DNA of 64,000 nucleotides from Balanoglossus misakiensis. Its lineage: Eukaryota; Animalia; Hemichordata. Location of the stretch: NCBI GenBank assembly GCA_040954595.2, contig CM082587.2:899622-963621 (forward strand). The letters are read 5' to 3'. The position numbers and the translations under genes are program-made. This document shows, one piece after another, positions 53,053-64,000 of the stretch. Position 1 is the first letter of the stretch. Every line of letters starts with the position of its first letter. The notes beneath the pieces are model-generated. The model searched no databases. It saw nothing but the letters and a program-made list of their open reading frames with translations, and had not been told where the DNA came from.

Positions 53053-53858
53053 ATGGCAAAATACATGTGTGTCGTCGCTCTTCTTGTTGCTGTGGTAACC
53101 GTAGCCCAGGGCTGCACTTCGTCGTCTGGTCGAACTCCTTCCTGGGACATCGGGCCAAACACAGAAGTTTACCCAACCTACGATCCTAACAACCAAGCTG
53201 TCGGTGTTGGCATTACACACAGGTGGGATACTAGTATATTCGAATCTCGTGTATGAAGTGGATAGGTTTTGGCTGCCTGTCAGATTTTTGTGAAACTCAT
53301 AATGGCTGCGTAATTGTTGTTAGAAAGATGAAAAAGACCAGGGGTGTAGTTTCTCATCAATCTCACCACCACTGTTGAATGTTGTTTCTTGTAGATTCAA
53401 GAGAGGTGCTGCCTCTATGCCAAGAGACGCCGTTCCTGATACAGACGATATTTTCCACAAACTTGACATCAACCGTGACGGTTTCATTGACGTGAACGAG
53501 TGGGTACGTCACCATGGCACCGTCAAGAACTTTGCATTATTGTTGGCTGACGATGATGCCAATGGTAAGTATGCGTCTTGTCTCTTCTCATTTCATGGAT
53601 TTGATTTACGTGAAAAGTTTCGCAGATGTTCTGAAAATGCTGAATCTGAGAAACGATGGCTACGGGTGCCAGGCATCAGGAGAGAGAGGGGAGGGACAGA
53701 AACGTTTAGATGAAGACGGACATAAGATATAGGGATATACACAGAATACTATTAGAGTTGATGACCTATTAAGTCTATTCTGAATTACTTTTTCAGGAGA
53801 CGAGAAAATTTCAATGGATGAATTTAGCAGTCTGCATCTTTACTACAAAACGTCATAG
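53053..53858 (+). CDS. 133-aa secreted precursor: signal peptide, 38-aa peptide, RFKR convertase site, EF-hand pair
   Basis: Exons 53053-53222, 53395-53564 and 53797-53858 (402 nt). MAKYMCVVALLVAVVTVAQG / CTSSSGRTPSWDIGPNTEVYPTYDPNNQAVGVGITHRF / KR / GAASMPRD..., with EF loops DINRDGFIDVNE and DANGDEKISMDE. AATAAA at about 54136 and 54208. Confidence 0.88.
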
Positions 53859-54485
53859 GTGAGCATACTTGTACAGGCCTACTGCTTTACGAATTTCAAC
53901 CGATTTAAAGTATAACATGTACATGTACTCGCAGCACGTTTCCTAATATGCTGTACAGCCTCTCTGCAAACACGCATTGCCTTCCAAACTGAAGCGCCCC
54001 TAACATTTCCATTCTTTCTACTTTCTTTCTACAGATAATACCACGATGTCAGCAGCCAGTTTTGCCATAGTATTAAAATCAGAGACATCTCCTTGCTTAT
54101 CGTTTTTTTCTGAATCGATTTATCCGTTTTATTTTAATAAACAACGCTCTACCAGTTTATGAAACTGTGATTTATGCTGCGTTTTGCTGATATTCACTGT
54201 TCTTGTCAATAAAATGTTAAAAACATATTTCAGCTTCCGTATTTCTTCTTCATACAATACAGTACACACATCTTGGCGAGGGTGTTACGCATGCGTGTTG
54301 ACCTATGCGCCATGTTGGTCGAGTAGCACAGGCTGGAAAGTCCAGGTTCGCTGAGTGTATGCAAACTAAACGATTCGTCCATGTAGTCATTGCTGAGACG
54401 GTCTTGGATAGAAGCACTGTGTCGTTTGTAACACCAAGTCAGCAAATAGTACTTTAAAGACAAACCATTCTTTCGATTTGCGGTC

Positions 54486-54519
54486 ACTTCCGCAAGGAAC
54501 AGGTTTCAGCTCTGGGCGG
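54486..54519 (+). promoter_or_regulatory. ETS (ACTTCCG) and GC-box (GGGCGG) motifs upstream of Dr1
   Basis: Motifs at 54486-54492 and 54514-54519, 150-180 bp before the ATG, in a CpG-rich patch. Motif match only. Confidence 0.4.
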
Positions 54520-54665
54520 CGTAAGTCATTGTTCGTGTTTATGTACACGCGTTTGCGGACAGGCTAGTACTCTTGCACCTGGTTTTTTCGTCACATGTGC
54601 GTGAGGAGCATTGCCATCATATCAACAATTGGTAAACTTGACTTTTAATATCATAAAACGACAGA

Positions 54666-55815
54666 ATGGCCGACGCTGGCAATGATGACGAACCCACCAT
54701 CCCACGCGCAGCTATCAACAAACTGATCAAAGAACTGCTTCCGACAGTTCGAGTAGCAAACGATGCTAGAGAACTCATACTTAATTGTTGCACCGAATTT
54801 ATTCACCTAATCTCGTCAGAGGCCAATGACATATGTAATAAGCAAACCAAGAAAACCATATCCCCGGAACATATACTCGCAGGTACGTAACTAAAATAGT
54901 AAACAGAATTTCCTTGCATGTGTGTGGAGCATGTATGTCAACACGTGTCAAAGGTCATGACTTCCAAGGACTGTACGGTAGATCAACTTGTAGGACGGTT
55001 ACTGCTGTCAGTTTGAAGCATGTACATGTACTCTGCTTCTCAACATCTCCTTACTGGATAAGTGTAACATCTAAGGTCCATTGTTTCAACTCATAACCTA
55101 AACTGTGGATGTGATGATAGTAATTTATTTCATGATTTACACTTTCAGCATTAGAAAGCCTTGGATATGGTGCCTACCTAGATGAAGTTAAATCTGTTCT
55201 GGAAGAATGTAAAACAGTGGCTGCCAAGAAGAGAAGACAGAGTACTAGACTTGAAAATTTAGGCATTCCGGAAGAGGAGTTATTACGGCAACAACAAGAG
55301 CTGTTTGCAAAGGTAATATGGTGTACTAACACTAAGATATGTTTTGGGCAAGTTAAAATAAAAAGTGTCCAAGATAAATCATAAATTGTCACTTGATGTG
55401 TCCTATGGTTTTGCAGTTGTATGCTAATGAGGTGCTAAATGAGCTAACCCTGGCTGGCCTTGGGTTAGCCTATCCCTGATACATTACTGAGATTGTTTCA
55501 TGAAGATGAGATACATATGTTATAGTTAGCCTGGTCAGAGCTGAGAGTTGAGTAAAATTGAGGCCACGATCACCATTTTGAATGACAACTCCAGCTTGCC
55601 TAGCTGTGCAACGTCCAGCTCATTTTCCACTTTTGCTTAATCTAATCTGACAGGCCAGGCAGCAACAAGCAGAAATTGAACAACAGGAATGGTTACAGCT
55701 TCAAGCGGTGCAAGCAGCTCAAGCTGCCCAACAACAACAACAACAACAACAACAAGGTACTGTGGCTGCTGGCAGTAATGAGGATGAAGAAGATGATGGT
55801 GATGACGATGAATGA
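54666..55815 (+). CDS. DR1: Dr1 / negative cofactor 2 beta (histone fold, QA-rich and acidic tail)
   Basis: Exons 54666-54882, 55149-55312 and 55654-55815. TIPRAAINKLIKELLPTVRVANDARELILNCCTEFIHLISSEANDIC...RLENLGIPEEELLRQQQELFAKARQQQAE; (CAA)9 polyQ; acidic end. Confidence 0.97.
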
Positions 55816-58438
55816 GGGAATGAATGAATGAATGAATGACAGACAGTTTGGTTGCATTGTCTCGGTGCCTTCTTAACCAGCCAAATGTTGCATGTATAAT
55901 ATCCAACTTTCATTGTCATGTTGTGTAGACAACGTTCTGTCTTTTTTAAACTGAAAGTAGCTGGAACAAAATGTGTTTTAAACCAACAACATACATTTCT
56001 GCATTTGCAAAGCTACTAGTATGCATTTTGATCCGTGGCCCTTGAGGAGAGATATACATGTACATATCTCCTCAAATGATTCTGTGTAGAACCAGTAAAG
56101 TTTGATTTTGTCTGGGGACATTATTTCTATTTTGTATTTGCATGTTACTCTTTGTTGATGGAAAATCATTGGACTGCAGTATTCTGGTATATACTGCAGT
56201 ACCCTGCCATAGCTAATAAATAGTGAAAATTTCATGAAACCAGAAATGTGTCCATTGTATTATCATAAATCAAGGTTCTTTAAAAAGCATTATTACTTTG
56301 CTATAATAAAATGCAACGAGCAGCAATATAGTAGAATCATTGCATAACATGCATAACATTTATGCATGTAAACTAATTCCATTATCAGTTGCCTCTAAGA
56401 AGATAATCATTAGCATAGACGTGTAAAATATGTCGGCAAACATTTGATGACAAGTCAGTGTCATGGTGTTGTGTTCATCAATAGAGCGAAGATTTGCTCC
56501 TGCACAAATGGATGTAGATGCTCAGAAGCCATTGTCCACTCAGGTCAGTCACCTCGTCTGCAGTCTCTTTAGCGAACTAATTTCTGGAGAGCATAAGACA
56601 TTAACGGGCGAAGATGCTCAGATTTGTCACGCTTGTTATCCAACAGATGAAATCACTGCATTAACAAATACAATCAGCAGGAAAGAGCTTGTTAAAAGGG
56701 AAATTGATTCCTAACGTATCGCGACAAATAGCCAGATATTTGCCATAAACAATATTAATCCTTTAGCCCTATGTCTTGAGATCCAGTGCAATCTTGTCTC
56801 AGAGACGCCTGCTGACCCCATACCCAAGTTTCCGCCCTCTGATGCAACCTGCAGCCGTGCGAGATTGATACCCAGATGTTATTCTCTTATTTCAATCGTA
56901 ATTTGCTTCCAAGAATACAGCGTATGTTCATCGAGTCCAACCCTGTGTGTTTTATTTTTTTGCATGGCATTAACAAAACATGACATGAGCTGCTTTGCTT
57001 TAAGTGGCGCCCAGTGAAAAATTTAGCATAGAACAGGGCTTGTCTGAAACACAAATCGGAAGTTCACAAGGCTTTTTCTTTGATTATATGTTTAAGGAAC
57101 AGACCGACTTGTTAGGCACGTCACTGATGTGAAATATTTAGTGGAATTCGGTGTGTACTAATCATGCTAATGGAAGAAAGAAAGTTTCCTTCTCTGTAAA
57201 TATTACATAACACTTTTCTTGGAAATTTGCACACACATTCACCATACTGATTGCAACAGCGTTTTTTTTAAAAAACAGATTCGAACCAATATGCAAAAAC
57301 TTTTGCGGGATTTCCACCTGTGTGATTGCAGAAAAAACTTGTAGTTTTGTCGATTCCTTGCAAATTGCAATGTTATAGCCTAGGGAAATCGAAAGGATCA
57401 ATGGTGATTTCTCTAAGAAAACAGCGATATAGTACCCGGATAATCTTTAGAGAGCCATTACGATACGAATCAACTTTCAATAGCTCTGTCGTATACCTTT
57501 CGTGCTGTAGGTCAACTTTTAAGGAACAAGGGTTTAAAATCACTGTGTATATAAGTAGAAAAAGACGGAAAAGAAATATACGTTCTCCATCAAGAGCTTC
57601 GTGGAAATGGTTGAAGTACGCAAATAACAAGGTTGACATTTTGTCAATTGGTTTTCCAATGAATCCGGGCATACATAATACCAAGAAACAGGCCCTGGTA
57701 ATAATGGTTTGGGTTTTTGATTTCTCGAACTGTCTGTTCTGCATGTAATGTAATCTGAGACTTGGTGTCTGCTTCAACATATTATTGTTATATGCCCTTT
57801 GTGTCTGCCTGATAAAAAACAGATGTCTCGTCAATGTCCGGCAATTTAAAACAACGTCTTCTTAGTCGACACACGTTGCCATTGCAGTGAATTATTTCAG
57901 GTTCGATTGAGCATTGTTTCACAATACATGTAGTGCAACACGTCTCCCATCGAATATTAGTCTCTGTACAATTGCCCGAAGCTGCAGCAGTTTTCGGAGA
58001 CTCATCTTCTTTTATTTCGCTCTTCTCAATAGAGAATGATTCTCAATAGAGAATGATTCGTGATATGCTATTTTCGGAGAACATAACCTTGAAGGACAAA
58101 GAAGTTTTTGTGTGTGTCTACTACTGCCATCAGCAGCTTACGTATCACATGAAATACGATCAGGGGTCACTTTGTACACCTCTTTCCTGTCTTCCCTCCC
58201 TCATTTACTGTTTCCTTTGTTGTTCCTCAATATACATGCAGAGGGTTTTACTAATAGTTAATTTACGCGTACGTCTGGACACTCAGGAAGTCACGCACGC
58301 ATATGCGTTAATTGCTCGTGACTGTTGCGGTTTAATTGTGCGTTTTGAATACGTTCAAACCACGCTGAAAGTGATAAATCCGTGATCTACAGATTGTTCT
58401 GTCCCATTAGATAAAACTGGCAAAGCGCAAAGTTGTTT

Positions 58439-58695
58439 GGACATTGTGAAATTGTACTACCAGACGACTGCAACCTGGAATTTACCATTCTCTGGTGGCG
58501 ATGATTAGCATTAAGGTTAATGTTAACGTTAGGTTCGGGGTTATGACTTCTTTATTACATTAACTTTATATAAAAACCGAAACTTGACTTTATTCACGAA
58601 ACCAAATAACTTATCCTAATGCTAGCCCTAAACCTAACTTTCGCCACCACAGAATGGTACAGTCCACTCTCCTGGCAGTACTATTCACAATGTCC
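58439..58695. mobile_element. ~257-bp MITE-like element with degenerate terminal inverted repeats and telomere-like subterminal repeats
   Basis: Left ggacattgtgaa..gtactaccag..taccattctctggtggcga pairs with right tcgccaccacagaatggta..ctggcagtactattcacaatgtcc. Flanks agttgttt / ggttgttt match at 7 of 8 positions (TSD-like). Inner ttaaggtt/ttaggtt face ccctaaacctaac. Confidence 0.7.
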
Positions 58696-60331
58696 GGTTG
58701 TTTCCATAGAGTCATTGTCCGCAGATAATGATGAAGAGCGTATGGTGATGGAGTTGTGTGAAGTGGCTATTTTTTCTTGAACACCAATTGAAGAGAAGGG
58801 AGGTTGAATTTGGACATATGTCAAGGAGCTTTTGCATCTGTTTTCTAATTTTCTTCTGAAAGTTGTAATGTTTCTTCTTTTGCTTCAAATAACTGTCTGA
58901 AAGCTCAGATAACTACATGTATGTACATGTCTGTTGGGATTCAACAGAAAATACGTGTTATTTTCAGATTTTAAATGTATATTTTATCATTTGAGCAACA
59001 GACGCGTCACCTTTGCATGCAACATCTGTTACACTACCCTACAAAATGATGGTACTAATCTACTTGTGGAGAATATTGTCTCAAGAGTTAAGACGCCAAA
59101 CAAAACTCTTGACAGAGGGACCAGATACGAGTTGTGTGCTTGTGTCACGATCAACAAGTACTTCTGACGATACTTGGACAACATCATGATAGCTCCCTGA
59201 TGTCGCTCAAATGTCAATCTTGGACTTTCGTTCTGAAGAAATGTAGACAATGTCACAGATGCTGAATTTAAAGGTTCCAGTTTTGTTAACCCTCTTTCTG
59301 TACAATCATCCAAATTCCGGGGTAAATACATGCTATTTCAGGCTGGGAATTCGGTCATTTTAGCATTTGACAAACAGGCGTATTTTAGCCTTTACAATAA
59401 AATTGTACAATCTTCCAATGACTAATTGACTTGATAACCGACCACTTTAATCTGACTGTTAAATGAGTTCTCCCCATTAATTGTCCTTTTATCTCTGAAG
59501 AAGAATTTAATTACCCCAACGCATTAGTATGCTAATTACATGAACACTTCTTTTGTTTCAACCATCAGTGCAACTCTCATTGGATCATCAGAATTGTATT
59601 AGACTAATTGGCTTCGAACGGAAAAAATATTCGCTCTCACTATCTCTGCTGAGCAGAAACACTTTCACTTGAATTATCCCTTTATATCCTAGTACAATAG
59701 CTGATGCTGCGTATATTTGGTATGGAGGAGTAAGGTAAGAAGCTAACTCGCAAACCGGTAAACGTTCACGACATTCGTGGTGGTATTTTGTTATTCGCAA
59801 CCTCTTATCGGCCCTGGAAGTTGTGAAACGTTTAGACATTCACGACCGCTTCTTGGACAAGTTGAATTTTAAATGTGTTAATTGACAAAAATGTCAGAAA
59901 TTACCGCTTTTGAAATATATACACAAAAGCATGTAAATTTATAGACCTATGCCTTTTAAAGGTTTCTATTGACAGAGTTCCAGACTACCTGTATTACATT
60001 CAAATGGACGTAACTTCCACACGTTATGCACGTATTAGGCCTAAATTGTAAAAAATGGTTTGTTCTTGTCAGTGTATCACGAGCATGGAATATGATAATG
60101 TTAACATTAACTTTACAGGATAGGCCCTATAACAGGATATTTATGACGTATTCAGATGACAGCGGCGAATGCGCAAGATCTGTGCAATTGGTCTTGTGAC
60201 ATGTACCGGTAGATCCGCTCCGCCCTCCAATTGACAAGCATTTGCCGAGTCACCGGCATTCGGAGTGATGTGATTGTGGTGAAGGGAGCCTAACGCTTCC
60301 ACTCTCACAAGCGACACCCAGCACCAAGAAA

Positions 60332-63300
60332 ATGAAGAACCTTCAACTGTCGATGAGACTCCTTGTGATGATTTACAGTGTCTACTTTTATCGAGGTAAG
60401 TTAAAGGTTTAGATTTTGTTGATAGAGCATGAAAAATACAAAGTACTGTATCTCCGAATCCGTTATCAAGGTTTCTTATGATTATTCATGTATGACATTC
60501 ACCAGGTTTATGTTATTGCTACCAACCATTGAAGTTTTTTTTAGTAAAAGTTGATGGTATTCGCTCATCAATATAGATTGCAAATATTATTTTAATGAGG
60601 TTGTTTTGAAGGAATTCCCCGGGGTGGTGTAAATTTGTTGAATTTTATTAGTCAGGCGAGGTTTAATCGATGTAAAGGGAAAAATACGAAATGACATGTA
60701 TACGAGAGGCTAGAAGACCGATTGTTTCGCAGCGGTATTAACGCGCGTTTTATTTACTCCGTATTCACCGTTATTAATTGATCCGAATGTGATTGTGACC
60801 ACATGCGCTGGTTGCCCAAAGGAACTCACACCATTCGCAGAAACATAAGCAGGAACTTTCACACGAAGAGCAAAAATTGTACATGATTTATCGTTTCATC
60901 ACCTCAGTTCTCTAGTAAGAAGTAATACTAGAATGACAAAATCTCATTCTGAGGGTGAGCAGTTAGACCAAAGATCTTATCAAATGATTCAAGTCTATCA
61001 CAACAATCTCATGTATCAATTTGAAAGGCTATACGTATATGTGTTGACGCGGTTTGAATTTTGACATTCGTGTTACGAATCCCTTGCGACTCAGCATGAT
61101 TTTTTATCAAGGATTTAATCACACGATTTTTCATAGTTCTGGCACTTGTCTGTTTTCATTCCAATTCTCTGATGATGCTCTGCTGTACTAATAACTAACA
61201 TCATCGAGAAATTCGGTTAACGAAAGGTGAAAATCCAATGGCGTCATTTGTTTAGATCGTTTAATTATCCATTGATGTGATTTGCATATTGTGTGACTGT
61301 CAGTGTCACTGCTGGAAAGTATAACACGGAAATTAAACGATGGGCCAGACGTAAAATAATTCTTAATATTAAATATTCCAAGTTTTACGTCGAGGATGAA
61401 CCATATTTTAGAAAATTGGACGATGTCGCAATGCTGCTAGATTCTTGTAATTTATGTTTCCCACGGTCTTGTTTGAAAGAAAGCGTTACGACAGAACTGC
61501 GACGGACAATATTCACTGACAGGTCCTGGTACTATATCCCAGGATGACGGCTAAATGATGTTTGATCTATCTTCGCAGTGTCTGCAACCGCGAACACCCG
61601 TTATCTATTTGTCAGTGATCCATTGCCTTGGGTTGACGCAAAGGAAAGCTGTGAAAAGTTTGGTGGTCAGCTTGCTAAAATAGAAAGTCAAGAAACCCAA
61701 GAATATTTTGCGAATTATTTGCAAAGCAATCAATTAACCGGCGACTACTGGTTCGGGGCTAATGACCTGGAAGATGACGGCCATGTTGTTTACACAGACG
61801 GGACTGAATTAACATATACTAGTTGGAACCCAGGTGAACCCACCAACTTTAGGCAGATGGAACATTGCGTTCAATTATTGTGAGTAAACCATTAACAGTT
61901 GGCTACAAAACTTTTGAGAGATAGTCTTTGGTCCTCGAGTCATCACGTGAATGCTGAGAAGAAACGAGTTATGATTTTAAATACCCAAATCCAGAATTGT
62001 TAATCACCGTAGCAACGGGTTGCTAGCCAACCAAAGCCTGGGCTGATCAAACAGCAGTGGCCACATATGTTTTGTTATATCCTTCGAGGGACGAAACTAT
62101 TTGTTATGCTTCGATTTCAGTGAACGCGAAGGCCTTCTATGGAATGACGCCATCTGCGAAATGGCAGCCAATTATATTTGTCAGCTAGGTAAGTCCAATT
62201 GGTGTCATTGTCATTGGTAGAGAAACAAGAGTGTCTAAACACAAATACAAATGTCACAGATGAGCATGATCTCACTGCAGCCATAAATGCAGCACATATC
62301 ATAATATGAAACTTGTTTCCTTTGCTTTCAATGTGACTAGATGCATGCCTTTTCTTTGAAACCTAAAACCATTGTCACTTTTTTCCAGATATATGTCCCC
62401 TTCAAATGACGAATGAACTCGTAGTTGGTGACAACTTCGACGCAACAAACAGTGTTCAGGTGAGCACGGGAAACCCATTTGACTGTAACGCCGAGTTAGT
62501 TGGTTGGGAGTTTCTTCCTTCCAGCCCTGGTAGCTTCGAAATCTTGATATTGGAACCAAATTCGTTCAACCGCAATAGTTTCAATATAAAGAAACGCCAC
62601 ATGGTACGAACGAGACTCATTGGGTTCGTCAACTACTGGATACTCGAAAACGAGGACCGATTGATTGTCAGCCCCGGTGACATCATTGCCTTCTTGTTTT
62701 CCGCCAACGTTCCTCTGGCGTGGGCAAGTGGTAACGGAACGAGTCATGTCACCCTGACTGAGGATGGGATGTCAGAAGTGGAGCTGAATAGTCTAGTCAT
62801 TCCGGACAACATTGATGCGACGAATAGAATGTATCCGTTACGTCCAATTTTACAAGGTAGGAAAAGTATTCACACTGAGTTGAACATAATCGTCAATAAC
62901 TTGAAACCCCTGCCATCCATGAAATCAAATGTCTGATAACATAGTCCAAACATGTAAGGTTTTTCTCGCTTATAATTTTACCCTGTTCGGCAGATATCGA
63001 TGCTTGTAGCGACGACCCGTGCCAAAATGGCGGCACATGCCTTCCCGACTTGATTCGCGAGGGAGTCACAGCATGTCACTGTCCGCCACATTGGAGAGGA
63101 CCTCTCTGTGAAAGAGGTAATTACCACTTCGTTTATGCCCTTTGATCTATGCACTTTCCCCTAGAATGTATTTTTTGTGAATTTTAAAATATATATGTGG
63201 ATTTGTCTTCACTGAGAGAAACATATACATACCAAGCACCCAGACAGACAGTCACTAGTTTTCAATCCCCATACCAGGAGCAAGAATCAAGGTTACTCGA

Positions 63301-63777
63301 CACTGATTGGCTGGATTTCTTACGCGCATGCGTGCACCCGTGCAAGGAAAGACTATGGCAGACAAGTTGACATAGTCACAAGTTACACTATCAATCATAA
63401 TTACCCAGCGTGTATTTGCGGTACAAAAATCTACTAGTTTATGTATAGGCTACTCGTAACTTTAATATATTCGTGTTATATTCAGAGGTATCTTTACTGC
63501 CTTTGGAGTTTCATATGAGGGACACAACGTGGGTCGAAGCAGAAAATACTTGTGAAAGTCAGAATGGAAGTCTGATTGAGATCTTGGACCAAGAAACTCA
63601 AGATTACATCGAGCAGCAGATACACGATTTCAATATTTCCGGTGATTTTTGGATCGGTGCAAGCGATCGCATCACCGAAGGCAGATGGCAGTGGCCGAAT
63701 GGGGACGAATTGAACTTCGACAACTGGGGAAGTAATCCCCAAATATTGGGCGGCTCGAAGGACTGTGCCTGTATTAG
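60332..63777 (+). CDS. Secreted or membrane mosaic protein: signal peptide - C-type lectin - unassigned ~155-aa domain - EGF - C-type lectin; continues beyond the window
   Basis: Exons 60332-60395 (MKNLQLSMRLLVMIYSVYFYR), 61579-61879 and 62121-62188 (CTL with WFGAND, WNPGEPT, WNDAIC), 62389-62856 (unknown domain), 62994-63116 (EGF DIDACSDDPCQNGGTC...CHCPPHWRGPLCE) and 63486-63777 (second CTL, FWIGASD). All in frame. Confidence 0.88.
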
Positions 63778-64000
63778 GTAATGCATGGTCGTTATTTGAA
63801 CCTTGATGAATGCAAAAAATATGCAGCTTTAGTGGCAACCATATAAAAATATTCAATATATTTGACAAACCCATTACATGTTGACAATTTGTGCATGTCC
63901 AACAATTCTTACACAATTTTCTGTGTAACACAGACGGAGGCAAATTTTATATGCGACTTCACGGATATATTTCCTGTTTTAGCCTGTAGCCTACATGATC

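Noticed and set aside
53215-53407. RFamide neuropeptide interpretation of ...THRF-KR-G
   Set aside because: Amidation needs Gly immediately after Phe and before the dibasic site; here the Gly follows KR.
56463-57834. ORFs of 83-153 aa between Dr1 and the lectin gene
   Set aside because: No recognisable motifs or consistent splice structure; treated as intergenic or decayed repeat sequence.
58023-58056. 17-bp direct duplication ttctcaatagagaatga x2
   Set aside because: Simple local slippage duplication with no further structure.

Overview
Gene-dense, intron-rich animal DNA with GT-AG introns and microsatellites. It is probably a marine invertebrate, possibly a lophotrochozoan; the species cannot be determined from the sequence. 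I assembled spliced models by hand. In order: 3' end of IMP3 (+); a ~679-aa mostly disordered protein whose C-terminal helix resembles the meiotic factor BRME1/C19orf57 (-); neuropathy target esterase PNPLA6/7/sws (-); kinesin KIF14 (-), head-to-head with a 7xCUB-LDLa-TM receptor (+); four tandem Ctr/SLC31 copper-transporter paralogs (+); a small secreted peptide/EF-hand precursor (+); Dr1/NC2-beta (+); and the 5' part of a C-type lectin/EGF mosaic protein (+). Three things stand out. (1) In the Ctr array, three copies have a separate signal-peptide exon plus a His/Met-rich exon, one copy has no ectodomain, and the C-tails differ (HCH, HCA, NPxY, none). (2) The secreted precursor has the layout signal peptide - 38-aa peptide ending GVGITHRF - RFKR convertase site - EF-hand pair. 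(3) The BRME1-like gene is a candidate invertebrate ortholog. Two MITE-like elements are also present. Family assignments come from motif recognition; no database searches were run.
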